From NCBI GenBank assembly GCA_965248535.1, contig CBDFJR010000002.1, positions 960,001 to 1,024,000 on the forward strand: a stretch of 64,000 nt of DNA, read 5' to 3'. Source of the stretch: Phormidesmis sp. Lineage in GTDB: Bacteria > Cyanobacteriota > Cyanobacteriia > Leptolyngbyales > Leptolyngbyaceae. Every line of letters starts with the position of its first letter. Position 1 is the stretch's first letter. The notes below the pieces were generated by a model that made no database searches, had not been told where the DNA came from, and saw nothing but the letters and a program-made list of their open reading frames with translations. This document shows, piece after piece, positions 42,991-53,484 of this stretch. A program made the position numbers and the translations under genes.

Positions 42991-45900
42991 TCAGCCGGAA
43001 TGGTTGGCTTTCTGACCTAAGAAAGCATATCGCCGCTTTGATTTTGGCTGACCGAGCTTTTCTCGCCACGCTTCCATGTAGATGTAGAAGACAGGAGTGA
43101 GATAAAGGGTCAAGATTTGCGAGAACAATAGACCCCCAACGATCGCGACCCCCAACGGCCGCCGCGCTTCTGATCCTGACCCGGTTCCTAGCGCGATCGG
43201 GAGGGTGCCAATCAGCGCCGCCAAAGTAGTCATCATAATCGGACGGAATCGCACCAGACAGGCTTCGTAAATGGCATCAAGCGGACGTTTGCCCTCAGTG
43301 CGCTGTTGCTCGATCGCAAAGTCTACCAGCATAATGCCGTTCTTTTTAACAATGCCGACTAGCAAAATAATGCCAATAAAGGAGTAGAGATTTAACTCGA
43401 CTTGAAAAATCAGCAGGGTCAATAATGCGCCAAATCCGGCCGAAGGCAGCCCTGAAAGAATCGTTAGGGGATGAATAAAATCTTCATAAAGAATGCCCAG
43501 AATCAGATAAATCACCACGATCGAGACCAGCAGCAGCCAGCCTAAATCATTAAACGACTGGTTAAACACCTGCGCCGAACCCTGAAAATTGGTCGTAACC
43601 GTAGCCGGGAGCAACTCACGCGCCGCTTGCTGAATCGCTGTGGTGGCTTGACTGAGCGAGACTCCGGGGGCCGTCTCAAAGGAGATCGTCGCGGATGGAA
43701 GTTGAGCGAGGTGAGTGACGGTGAGCGGCCCAACGGTTTGAGTAATGGTCGCGATCGCGCTCAACGGAATCGTTTGTCCGCCACTCGATTTGATATACAG
43801 CATCGACAGAGCGCTGGGATCACGCTGAAATTCTGGCTTCAGTTCCATGATTACGTAGAACTGATTGTTCGGCGTGTAGATTGTGGATACCTGCCCCGAA
43901 CCATAGGCTGCACTCAGGGTTTGTTCCACTTTTGCGGCGGTGATGCCCAGAGCGGCGGCTTTGTCGTGATTGACTTGCACCTGCACTTGCGGCGTGCTGA
44001 GTTGCAGATCGCTATCGACATTTCGCAACCCCGGCAAGGCTTTGACTTTATCTAACAGTTGCGGGGTGTATTGCCGGAGATCCTGCAAATTTAAACTCTG
44101 CAAGGTGAATTGATAGGTTGAATTGGTTTGTTGACCCCCGATCGGAATCGCCGGAGGAGCGCGCACAAACGCCTGAATGCCCGTCACGCGCCTCAGTTTG
44201 GGAGCAAGAGATTGCACCACTTGATCGGCACTGAGTGGGCGCTGCGATCGCGGCTTTAACCGAATCGTAATCCGTCCATTGTTCACCGAGGCATTGGGGC
44301 CGCTAGCTCCTACGGTGGAGTTAATCGCTTCGATGTTGGGGTCTTGACGAATAATATCGGCGATCGCCTGCTGGTGTTGCAGCATTTGATCAAAAGAGAT
44401 ATCTTGAGCAGCTTTGGTGTTGGCCATCAGTTGCCCCGTGTCTTCAGTCGGGACAAAGCCCTTGGGAACTAGCGTGAAAAGATAGACTGTGGAAACTAAA
44501 ATCAATCCCGATGCGATCAGGGTGACGAAACGGTATTTCAAAACAGGTTTAAGCGTCCATTCATAGCCGCGCAGCAGCCGATTGAATGCCCCTTCAGAAA
44601 TCCGGTAAAAGCGGCTGCGCTGGTGTGGATGAGATGTTTTAAGGAATCGGCTGCACAACATCGGAGTCAAGCTTAGAGAGACGAAGCCTGAAACCAAAAT
44701 TGCAACACTAATGGTCACGGCAAACTCATGAAATAATCGTCCGATTAATCCACTCATAAACATGATCGGGATAAACACCGCCACCAGCGAGAGCGTCATC
44801 GATAGAATCGTAAAACTGACCTCGCGGGAACCATTGAGAGCCGCTTCGAGACCAGATTCTCCCATTTCTTGGTGACGGACAATGTTTTCTAACACCACGA
44901 TCGCATCATCGACCACAAACCCAACAGAGAGCGTTAACGCCATCAGAGACAAATTATCCAGCGAGTAACCTAAGAGATACATCGCTGCGAATGTGCCAAT
45001 GATCGCTACAGGTAACGCTAAACTCGGAATAATTGTCGCCGTTAGATCACGCAAAAATAGAAAAATAACTAATACAACCAGACAAATCGACAACAGCAGC
45101 GTGAACTTGACATCATTTACTGAAGACCGAATCGATTCGGAGCGATCGTATAAAATTCCCATCTCGATCGATTGGGGAATCTGAGCGCGCAGACTGGGCA
45201 TCAGGGCTTTGATGGCATCGACAATCTCAACCGTGTTGGCATCGGGCTGAGGCTGAACTGCTAACACGATCGCAGGTTGATTAGTAATCGTTTCGTCGCT
45301 ATAGCGATTGGAGACTTTGTTATTTTGCACATCGTCAATCACCTGTCCTAGATCTTGCAGCCGCACGGCCGCCCCATTTTTATAGGACACGATCAGCGAT
45401 CGAAACCCATCGGCATCGGCGAGTTGTCCGTTTGCCTGAAGAATGTAGTTTTTGTTAGCCCCTGACAGGCTCCCCGTCGGCAAGGTGACGCTGCCTTGCT
45501 GAATCGCAGTTCTAATCTGATCGAGTCCAATTCCACGGCTTGCTAATTCTCGTGGGTCAAGCTGGACTCGCACTGCATATTGCTTTTGCCCAAAAACCTG
45601 CACCTGAGCCACGCCATTGAGGGCAGAAATGGGCTGCGCGATCGTGATCTCGGCGGCTTCGTCAACATCCGCGATCGAGAGCGTTTTTGAATAGAGATAG
45701 AGAAAGAGAATCGGCGCGGCAGACGGGTTAGCTTTTCGGTAGGTGGGCGGTCTGGGCATTCCAGCGGGCAGTTGTCCGGCGGCGGCTGAGATGGCTGATT
45801 GCACGTCTTTGGCGGCATCATCGACCCGACGGCTAAAATCGAACTGGAGAGAAATGCTAGTGCTGCCTGTTGAGCTGGTGGAGTTAAAGGAATTGAGTCC

Positions 45901-46125
45901 TGCAATTTCGGTAAATTGTCGTTCTAGGGGAGCCGCCACTGACGATGCCATTGTTTCGGGCGTGGCACCAGGGAGACTCGCAGAGACGTTAATTGAGGGA
46001 TATTCGACGTGGGGCAGAGCGCTGATTGGCAGCAGCCCATAGCTCATCAGACCGAAGATCACGATCCCCACCATGACTAATGTGGTCATGACCGGACGAC
46101 GAATAAAAAGTTCTGAAAGGTTCAT
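42991..46125 (-). CDS. RND permease (MdtB/MdtC-like), copy 2
   Basis: MNLSELFIRRPV, GFVVDDAIVVLENI, GIVKKNGI, RFRPIMMTT. Confidence 0.94.
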   Translation of the reverse strand: MNLSELFIRRPVMTTLVMVGIVIFGLMSYGLLPISALPHVEYPSINVSASLPGATPETMASSVAAPLERQFTEIAGLNSFNSTSSTGSTSISLQFDFSRRVDDAAKDVQSAISAAAGQLPAGMPRPPTYRKANPSAAPILFLYLYSKTLSIADVDEAAEITIAQPISALNGVAQVQVFGQKQYAVRVQLDPRELASRGIGLDQIRTAIQQGSVTLPTGSLSGANKNYILQANGQLADADGFRSLIVSYKNGAAVRLQDLGQVIDDVQNNKVSNRYSDETITNQPAIVLAVQPQPDANTVEIVDAIKALMPSLRAQIPQSIEMGILYDRSESIRSSVNDVKFTLLLSICLVVLVIFLFLRDLTATIIPSLALPVAIIGTFAAMYLLGYSLDNLSLMALTLSVGFVVDDAIVVLENIVRHQEMGESGLEAALNGSREVSFTILSMTLSLVAVFIPIMFMSGLIGRLFHEFAVTISVAILVSGFVSLSLTPMLCSRFLKTSHPHQRSRFYRISEGAFNRLLRGYEWTLKPVLKYRFVTLIASGLILVSTVYLFTLVPKGFVPTEDTGQLMANTKAAQDISFDQMLQHQQAIADIIRQDPNIEAINSTVGASGPNASVNNGRITIRLKPRSQRPLSADQVVQSLAPKLRRVTGIQAFVRAPPAIPIGGQQTNSTYQFTLQSLNLQDLRQYTPQLLDKVKALPGLRNVDSDLQLSTPQVQVQVNHDKAAALGITAAKVEQTLSAAYGSGQVSTIYTPNNQFYVIMELKPEFQRDPSALSMLYIKSSGGQTIPLSAIATITQTVGPLTVTHLAQLPSATISFETAPGVSLSQATTAIQQAARELLPATVTTNFQGSAQVFNQSFNDLGWLLLVSIVVIYLILGILYEDFIHPLTILSGLPSAGFGALLTLLIFQVELNLYSFIGIILLVGIVKKNGIMLVDFAIEQQRTEGKRPLDAIYEACLVRFRPIMMTTLAALIGTLPIALGTGSGSEARRPLGVAIVGGLLFSQILTLYLTPVFYIYMEAWREKLGQPKSKRRYAFLGQKANHSG

Positions 46126-46172
46126 GAAGCTTGTTCTCCCAGAAATGCAGTGTAGATGCAATTCTCATCAAC

Positions 46173-46604
46173 TTATAAAATTGTTTGTTGTCTTTTTGGA
46201 CGTATATCGAACGCCAAACTAGCCCGGTAAAAGCACACATCAAACTCAGCAAAAAAATTCATATGTCCGAGAATTAAAGGCGCTTTCTGCGATGCTGTCC
46301 AAGCGAACGCCAATAGAACAGGCGAAAATCCAGCCACGATCGCTGACACCACCAAGCCTCGTGCTTCTAGAGAAGCTAAGTTTCCACCTAACTGGACTGG
46401 CACAGTTTGCTCTTCCCAAACAGCCCCCAGTTGTAGACCCATATCACGAGGCAAAACATTGACACTGGCTCCCGTATCTAGCAAGGCTATTGTCTCTAGG
46501 AATTGATTCCTATAAGTCAGCACTACGGGTAGATAGGGCAGGGTGCTGGAAAGACCGAGATTGCTAATTTTCTCAGTGAAAGGAAATCTTTGAGCGTCAA
46601 GCAT
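46173..46604 (-). CDS. Retropepsin-like (clan AA) aspartic protease
   Basis: ALLDTGA catalytic motif, LILG motif, single domain of 143 aa. Confidence 0.8.
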   Translation of the reverse strand: MLDAQRFPFTEKISNLGLSSTLPYLPVVLTYRNQFLETIALLDTGASVNVLPRDMGLQLGAVWEEQTVPVQLGGNLASLEARGLVVSAIVAGFSPVLLAFAWTASQKAPLILGHMNFFAEFDVCFYRASLAFDIRPKRQQTIL

Positions 46605-46857
46605 CTCTCTCTTCCCTGGTTACCTCTAGTAAGTCTGACAAGGTTTGGGCGGCTCCATGCGACTCATAAGGAGACCAGACAACTGCTTCCGTTGAGGCTA
46701 GTTGCTGAAGCAATAATTCTTCTGACTGTCCATCCTGAGTGGCAGTTAAATTGCAGCCTTCTTCCTTAGCTACTGCTAGCAGCAAAAAATGGATCAGGCG
46801 TAATTTATCTTGGTGTGGGAGTTGACTAACGACAGGCAACAGTTCATTAAGAGGCAT
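46597..46857 (-). CDS. Small acidic hypothetical protein, antitoxin-like partner of the protease
   Basis: 86 aa; overlaps the protease start by 8 nt; own RBS (AGGAG). Confidence 0.6.
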   Translation of the reverse strand: MPLNELLPVVSQLPHQDKLRLIHFLLLAVAKEEGCNLTATQDGQSEELLLQQLASTEAVVWSPYESHGAAQTLSDLLEVTREERDA

Positions 46858-46919
46858 ATCGAGACTCCTAAAAGGATTGAATCTAAGGTCAGCTTAACTT
46901 GGCAGATGGCATGAAATTC

Positions 46920-49900
46920 TCATCGACCTCCCATAAACGAGAAAACCTGACGAAATTTGACCTGGGTTATTTTTTTTCGCCACGCTTCCATGTAGATGTA
47001 GAACACAGGCGTGAGATAAAGCGTCAAGATCTGCGAGAAGACTAGCCCGCCCACTACGGCGATTCCCAACGGGCGACGAGATTCAGAACCTGCGCCAAAA
47101 CCGAGCGCGATCGGGAGGGTGCCCATCAGCGCCGCCATCGTGGTCATCATAATCGGACGAAATCGCACCAGACAGGCTTGATAAATGGCTTCCGAGGGTT
47201 TTTGGGCTTGCTCACGCTGGGCGGCGATCGCAAAGTCCACCATCATAATGCCGTTCTTTTTAACAATGCCGACTAACAGCATAATGCCAATGAATGAGTA
47301 AACGTTAAGCTCAACGTGAAAGATAATCAGGGTTAATAACGCTCCAAACCCTGCGGACGGCAAACCCGAAAGAATCGTGATCGGATGAATAAAATCTTCG
47401 TAGAGAATGCCGAGAATCAAGTAGATGACTAGAATCGCAATTAACAGCAAAAGCAACAGGCTGGGTAACGAACTTTGAAAAACCTGACTCGCTCCTTTAA
47501 AGCTGGTGCTAATGCTATCAGGAATGGTGGAATGAACGATCTCATCAATTTTGCTATTTGCTGCGCCGAGAGACACGCCAGGGGCGAGGTTAAACGAAAT
47601 CGTGGCGGCATTCATGCGACCCACATGATTCACCATTAGGGGTGCGGTTCCCGGCGAAATCGTCGCAAAAGTGCTGAGAGGAATCGCTTGTCCACTGCTA
47701 GAACTGTTGACGTTGCTATTACTCGCCGTGTCTCCAGTAGCATTGCTAACATTACTTCCCGTCGTGGTGATATAGAGCTTCATCAAAGCATTGGGATCTT
47801 GCTGATATTGAGGTTCCAGTTCTAAAATCACCTGATATTCATTGCTTGCAGCATAAATTGTTGAGACCTGATAGGCTCCGTAGGCATTTCTCAACGTGCT
47901 TTCGATCTGCTGGGCGGTGATTCCTAGGGCTGAAGCTTTGTCGCGATCGATATCCAGTTTGACCTGAGCCGTCATCTGAAGATCGCTATTGACATCCTGA
48001 AGTTCTGGCAGGGCTTTGAGTTTGTCAACCAGTTGCGGAACATATTGCTGCAAGGGCTGGACATCGGAATTTTGCAGCGAGAGTTGATAGAGTCCCGTGG
48101 TTTGCTGAGTGCCGATCGGGAGGGCCGGAGGATTTTGCAAAAAGACCTGAATGCCGGGAATGGTAGCGAGTCGCGATCGTAGACTTTGAATAATCTCATC
48201 CGCCTTCATCGAACGCTGATCTCGCGGCTTCAACCGAATAAATAAACTTCCAGAATTCCCGGCTACGGCGGCTCCGCTGCCACTGGCACTCGCACTCGCC
48301 CCGATCGTGGAGTTGACCGCATCCACATTGGGATCTTGACGAATCAAATCCGCAACGTCTTGCTGGTGACGCACTAGCTCATCAAACGAGGCATCCTGTG
48401 CAGCTTGAGTGATGCCCGTGATCTGCCCCGTATCTTGGCTGGGAATGAAACCCTTGGGCACCACCGCCAACAGCCCAACCGTAGCGATCAGCAGCGCCGC
48501 TGAAAAAATCATCATAGTGCGGTGATATTTTAAGGCTTTTTTGAGACTCCAATCATAGAGAGCAAGCACCCGATCGAAGGCCGCTTCAGAAGCCCGATAG
48601 AGCCGACTCTGGCGCGAGTGATCGACCGGACGCAGGAACCGACTGCACAGCATCGGAGTCAGACTGAGGGAGACAAACCCTGAGACGAGAATCGAGACCG
48701 CGATCGTCACGGCAAATTCATGAAACAATCGCCCCAGCAGTTCACTCATAAACAACATGGGAATGAACACGGCGACTAACGAAAGCGTCATCGATAAAAT
48801 GGTGAAACCAATCTCTCGTGAGCCATTCAGTGCTGCTTCAAGCGGACGTTCGCCCATTTCTAAGTGACGAACGATATTTTCGAGCATCACGATCGCGTCA
48901 TCGACCACAAATCCGACTGAGAGTGTTAACGCCATCAGAGACAGATTATCTAGCGAATAGTTCAACTGGTGCATTACCGCAAATGTGCCAATTAACGACA
49001 CAGGCAGAGCTAAACTAGGAATCACGGTCGCTGATAGATTTCTCAAAAATAAGAAAATGACCAGGACTACTAGCGCGATCGTCAAAATTAACGTGAACCG
49101 AACATCGTCTACCGATTCTCGAATCGACTGAGACGCATCATAAAGAACGCCGATCTCAACCGATGCCGGAATCTGTTCCCTCAGCTTTGGCAACAGTTTC
49201 TGAATCGTGTCAACGACCTGTACTGTATTGGTTCCAGGCTGACGTTGAATCGTTAAAATAATCGCTCGATCGTTGTTATACCAGCTTGCAACCTGATCGT
49301 TTTCTACGCTGTCAATCACTCGACCGAGTTGTTCAAGATAAATGGGTGCGCCATCTTTATAAGCAACGATGAGTTTTCGATAGGCAGCCGCATCTTGAAG
49401 TTGCCCGTTTGTTTGGACAGTATAGTTTTTGTTGGTTCCAGACAGGCTTCCCGTTGGCAGATTCACATTCCCCTGCTGAATTGCCGTTTGCACCTGATCA
49501 ATCCCCAGTTTTCGAGCCGCTAACGCTTGAGGGTTGAGTTGAATTCGAGCCGCATATTTTTGCGACCCATAGACGCTCACTTGGGCTACACCGCTAATTG
49601 TCGAGAGCTTTTGCGCTAAAAATGTCTCAGCATAATTGTCTACCTCCGACAGCGGCAGCGTTGGCGAATCGAGATAAAGATAGAGAATGGGCTGATCAGC
49701 AGGATTAACCTTGCTGTAGGTGGGCGGATTGGGCAAATCGTTGGGAATCTGCCCCGACGCTGACGAAATCGCCGCTTCCACGTCTTGGGCGGCATCATCA
49801 ATACTGCGGCTGAGATCAAATTGCAGCGTCAGTTGAGCTTTGCCAAAGGTGCTAGTTGAGTTGAGCGAGTCAAGTCCGGCAATGCTTGAAAACTGCTTTT

Positions 49901-50102
49901 CTAACGGGCGAGACACCGATGCCGCCATCGTTTCGGGGCTGGCTCCCGGTCGCGCCGCCGTCACCTGAATTGTCGGATAATCCACGCTGGGCAGGTCACT
50001 GATCGGCAGCGATCGGTAGCTCATCAACCCAAAAATAATGATCCCCGCCATCACCAAGGTCGTCATGATCGGACGGCGAATAAATAACTCCGAGAGATTC
50101 AT
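46920..50102 (-). CDS. RND permease (MdtB/MdtC-like), copy 1
   Basis: MNLSELFIRRPI, GFVVDDAIVMLENI, RFRPIMMTT; ATGA overlap with the MFP gene. Confidence 0.94.
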   Translation of the reverse strand: MNLSELFIRRPIMTTLVMAGIIIFGLMSYRSLPISDLPSVDYPTIQVTAARPGASPETMAASVSRPLEKQFSSIAGLDSLNSTSTFGKAQLTLQFDLSRSIDDAAQDVEAAISSASGQIPNDLPNPPTYSKVNPADQPILYLYLDSPTLPLSEVDNYAETFLAQKLSTISGVAQVSVYGSQKYAARIQLNPQALAARKLGIDQVQTAIQQGNVNLPTGSLSGTNKNYTVQTNGQLQDAAAYRKLIVAYKDGAPIYLEQLGRVIDSVENDQVASWYNNDRAIILTIQRQPGTNTVQVVDTIQKLLPKLREQIPASVEIGVLYDASQSIRESVDDVRFTLILTIALVVLVIFLFLRNLSATVIPSLALPVSLIGTFAVMHQLNYSLDNLSLMALTLSVGFVVDDAIVMLENIVRHLEMGERPLEAALNGSREIGFTILSMTLSLVAVFIPMLFMSELLGRLFHEFAVTIAVSILVSGFVSLSLTPMLCSRFLRPVDHSRQSRLYRASEAAFDRVLALYDWSLKKALKYHRTMMIFSAALLIATVGLLAVVPKGFIPSQDTGQITGITQAAQDASFDELVRHQQDVADLIRQDPNVDAVNSTIGASASASGSGAAVAGNSGSLFIRLKPRDQRSMKADEIIQSLRSRLATIPGIQVFLQNPPALPIGTQQTTGLYQLSLQNSDVQPLQQYVPQLVDKLKALPELQDVNSDLQMTAQVKLDIDRDKASALGITAQQIESTLRNAYGAYQVSTIYAASNEYQVILELEPQYQQDPNALMKLYITTTGSNVSNATGDTASNSNVNSSSSGQAIPLSTFATISPGTAPLMVNHVGRMNAATISFNLAPGVSLGAANSKIDEIVHSTIPDSISTSFKGASQVFQSSLPSLLLLLLIAILVIYLILGILYEDFIHPITILSGLPSAGFGALLTLIIFHVELNVYSFIGIMLLVGIVKKNGIMMVDFAIAAQREQAQKPSEAIYQACLVRFRPIMMTTMAALMGTLPIALGFGAGSESRRPLGIAVVGGLVFSQILTLYLTPVFYIYMEAWRKKITQVKFRQVFSFMGGR

Positions 50103-51706
50103 GAATCGCCTCCTGCGGGCTTCAAGGGCTGACTTCCCCCCGATCGATTCCGTCTAGTTTTCTGAGTTCCTGTTGGGTTCGCATTTCCGTTATTAACAGT
50201 ATTTTGATTGCCGTCACTCGAACCGGGAGCACGATTTCCATTCATTGCCGGAGCCGTATTTCCGTTGACGTTGGGATTACTGTTACCCGCAGCGTTGCCA
50301 TTATTTCCACCCTGAGAGTCTGGTTTGGCGCGAATCTTGCTGCCAGTGACGAGATTTGCCTGACCATCGGTGACCACTTGATCGCCAGGTTGCAGTCCTT
50401 TTTGCACCACGTTTAACCCCCCGATCGAGTTGCTCACCGTCACCGGAACATTTTCAACCGTCGAGTCAGACTTAACAACAAACACAAACTGTCCGTTTGG
50501 CCCATTTTGCACCGCTTGAGCAGGCACCACGATCGCGTTTGGTTCTTGAGTCAACGTCAGCGTCGTGTTCACAAACTGACCCGGAAACAAATTCCCTTGA
50601 GCATTATCAAAGTCACCAATTAACTGAATCGTTCCCGTTGTGTTATCCACTGTATTGTTCACAAACGACAGCGTTCCCTGAGTTGGCGTATTGCTCCCCG
50701 CAAACGTCACTGAAACCTTGAGTTTGCCGTTTTCGGTATGTTTCTGAATCTCTGGCAAATTCGACTCTGGAACCGAGAAAGACACCTGAATCGGACGAAT
50801 CTGAGCGATCGTCACGAGCGGATTGGTGCTATTTGCCTGCACCACGTTGCCCTCGGTTACCAAGACGTTGCCAGCCCGACCGTCGATCGGGGCATAAATT
50901 TTAGTGTAAGACGACTGCACCTGGCTGCTCTGCAACGCTCCACCGTTGGCGCTAACCACAGCCTGAGCCGTCTCGATCGCCGCTTGATCGCCTTTCACCA
51001 CCTCTTGAGCATTGGCAATCGCCTCTCGATCAGACTGAAGCGTGGACTCAAAAACCTGGCTATTGGTCGCATATTGCTGCGCTTGATCTTGACTGATCGC
51101 CCCTTGCTTATACAAATTGTTGTAGCGATCGCTCTGGGCCTGAGCAAACTTAGCCTGAGCTTGATCTTTAACTAGGGTCGCCTCCGCCTGTCTCACCAGC
51201 CCCAAATCTCTTGCTAACGCGGCTCTCGCCTGCTGCACTTGGGACTGAGACACCGCCACCGTTCCCTGAGCTTGTTGAATCGAGGCGGTTTGAGTGCGAT
51301 CGTCGATCGTGAACAACAGATCACCTTTGCGGATATCTTGGCCCTTTTTGAAATAGACACCCGTGATCCGTCCGCCAACTTGCGGTGTGATAGAAACCGT
51401 CGATCCGGCTTGCACCGTCCCGATCGTTTGCAACTGTACCGGAACCGTTTTTTGAATCACCGTAGCCACTGTCACGGGCGTGATTTGCTCTCTGCTGTTC
51501 CTTCCGGACTGATCAGCAGGTTTAGCCGCAAACGATCTGATTCCAAAAAATCCCGCCGTCGCCAGCACTAACAGCCCGGCGATCGCCAGACCCAGCCGCT
51601 TTTTTGGGAGAGGTTGAGCGATCTGGGATACCTCCGTCTCCGTCAAATTTTGATCAGATTCATGAGCAATCTCATCCAGCGTTTCTTTAGGGATTTGTTG
51701 AGTCAT
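50099..51706 (-). CDS. RND periplasmic adaptor (MdtA-like) with Asn/Gly-rich tail
   Basis: TM anchor, IYAPIDGRAG, VDNTTGTI, LFPGQF. Confidence 0.92.
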   Translation of the reverse strand: MTQQIPKETLDEIAHESDQNLTETEVSQIAQPLPKKRLGLAIAGLLVLATAGFFGIRSFAAKPADQSGRNSREQITPVTVATVIQKTVPVQLQTIGTVQAGSTVSITPQVGGRITGVYFKKGQDIRKGDLLFTIDDRTQTASIQQAQGTVAVSQSQVQQARAALARDLGLVRQAEATLVKDQAQAKFAQAQSDRYNNLYKQGAISQDQAQQYATNSQVFESTLQSDREAIANAQEVVKGDQAAIETAQAVVSANGGALQSSQVQSSYTKIYAPIDGRAGNVLVTEGNVVQANSTNPLVTIAQIRPIQVSFSVPESNLPEIQKHTENGKLKVSVTFAGSNTPTQGTLSFVNNTVDNTTGTIQLIGDFDNAQGNLFPGQFVNTTLTLTQEPNAIVVPAQAVQNGPNGQFVFVVKSDSTVENVPVTVSNSIGGLNVVQKGLQPGDQVVTDGQANLVTGSKIRAKPDSQGGNNGNAAGNSNPNVNGNTAPAMNGNRAPGSSDGNQNTVNNGNANPTGTQKTRRNRSGGSQPLKPAGGDS

Positions 51707-51757
51707 GGGATTCTTTAGAAGTCTCAAGTTCAAACAGCAGTCTATTAGTCTAAGAGA

Positions 51758-51943
51758 CTAGCGTGTAGTCTGACCTAATGGGGTCGAGTCAAGCCTCACT
51801 CTGAGGGATAAGGTTCCCCCCGCGTCGGAAAGGTAGCCCGGCTGAAGGTCTGCGGCTCTTGAATTCACAGGAACGATGAACGCGATCGTGCCGACCAAAG
51901 CGAGTAAAACCAAGACGGGGAGAGGTTTGACATTGCACGGCAT
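51758..51943 (-). CDS. Small putative secreted peptide at the head of the efflux operon
   Basis: 61 aa from the ATG at 51943 with a GAAGGG RBS; signal-peptide-like N-terminus. Confidence 0.4.
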   Translation of the reverse strand: MPCNVKPLPVLVLLALVGTIAFIVPVNSRAADLQPGYLSDAGGTLSLRVRLDSTPLGQTTR

Positions 51944-52027
51944 AAAATTCCCTTCATCTATATTCACAAGTCAATCATACGAAGTCTGCTTCCGTCAGCA
52001 CATCCCATCAGAGTCCTGACCCGACCT

Positions 52028-52054
52028 GTCAAATAGTACTCAACTATTTATGAC
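52028..52054. promoter_or_regulatory. Imperfect inverted repeat in the divergent promoter; candidate operator
   Basis: GTC-AAATAGT-actca-ACTATTT-aTGAC. Confidence 0.35.
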
Positions 52055-52281
52055 TTTTTTCCTATTCAAAAGAGATTCACTCGGTCAAAATGCCTCTGTT
52101 AATTCCAGCGATAGATTCGCTATAACTCAACAATCCCTCAATAAACGATGGATAGATCTCTTTATTGCCTTGAACCTGAGCGCTCAAGAATGCCGATATG
52201 TTGTTAGATGGCTTGATCCCTTCTAGAATCAAAACACCGCGATCACTGTCGTCGCTTCAACTCCTAGCGGGGAACAATTCT

Positions 52282-53484
52282 ATGGCTCGTCTGCCCTATC
52301 AGTCGTTTCGATTGTTGCTCAACTTAGAGTGGTTGCTGCTGGCCACAGCAGTTTTTATGGAAGTGTTGCTGCCCTTTCGACCATCTTGGGCGGTGTTGGG
52401 GCGAGTCGGAGCGATCGCTATTTTCGCTTTAATGGGGCTGCGGCTCCCGATCGGAAAGCCTCGCATCCAACTACCTTACACCGCTTTAGAATTCGGATTG
52501 ATCCTCCTGCCCGCCATTCCAGACGGAATCTTCAATCGCTCTGTCTTTCTGCTGTGTTTAGTTCTAGTCATGCGGAGTTGCCTAATTTTTCAACAATTGG
52601 GGCAATTGATTGTTCTAGGATTATCACTCTTGACCTATGCAACCCTATTGTTAGCCAGACCCCTTGTGGTTGCAAAGATACCAACAATGATCCCAGACTG
52701 GCGATGGACTAATATTTTGTTGTCTAGTCTGACACTCATATTCGCCCTATTGTTGATCAATGCTCTGTTGTCTGAGTGCCAAAGCCGAGAGCAGTTAGAA
52801 ATTGCTCACCAAGAGCTAGAAACCACTCATGCTCAGTTGCGTCAATATGCTCTGCGAATCGAAGATCAAGCCACCCTGCAAGAACGTAATTGGATCGCCC
52901 GCGAAATCCACGATGGGTTGGGGCATACTCTCGCCGCCCAGACTATTCAGATCAACAATGCCCTACTGTTTTGGAAATCGGAAGAAGAGACGGCGCTAAT
53001 GTCTTTAAAACAAGCCAAGCAACTCGGAGCCGATGCCTTGCTCGAAGTCCGAAAATCTGTGTCTGTCTTGAGATCAAATCCCCTCAAAGGGCAGTCTCTC
53101 GAAGCTGCCATTCACAAGCTTCTCAGCGATTTTCAACGCACTACTGGCATGGTAGTTTCGAGCCACCTCCCCCGATCGCAGTCGTTGACCACAGAAATCA
53201 ACACCACACTCTACCGCATTGTTCAAGAATCCCTCACCAATATCTCTAAACACGCTCACGCGAAAGCGGTCACCGTTGAAATACAGCAACAGCCTGGCAT
53301 GATTCATCTGACGATCGTAGACAATGGCAATGGCTTCAACCCGACTCAAAACACCACAGGGTTTGGGCTGCAAGGAATGCAAGAACGGGCCGCCGCCGTA
53401 GGAGGCAAGTTCCATATCGAGACTCAGCCTGGCGCAGGTTGTCGCATTTCGATATCTCTCCCTCTACCGCAGCAATTACTATGA
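52282..53484 (+). CDS. Membrane sensor histidine kinase (HisKA_3, NarX/DesK type)
   Basis: ERNWIAREIHDGLGH, QESLTNISKHA, DNGNGF, GFGLQGM. Confidence 0.93.
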   Translation: MARLPYQSFRLLLNLEWLLLATAVFMEVLLPFRPSWAVLGRVGAIAIFALMGLRLPIGKPRIQLPYTALEFGLILLPAIPDGIFNRSVFLLCLVLVMRSCLIFQQLGQLIVLGLSLLTYATLLLARPLVVAKIPTMIPDWRWTNILLSSLTLIFALLLINALLSECQSREQLEIAHQELETTHAQLRQYALRIEDQATLQERNWIAREIHDGLGHTLAAQTIQINNALLFWKSEEETALMSLKQAKQLGADALLEVRKSVSVLRSNPLKGQSLEAAIHKLLSDFQRTTGMVVSSHLPRSQSLTTEINTTLYRIVQESLTNISKHAHAKAVTVEIQQQPGMIHLTIVDNGNGFNPTQNTTGFGLQGMQERAAAVGGKFHIETQPGAGCRISISLPLPQQLL

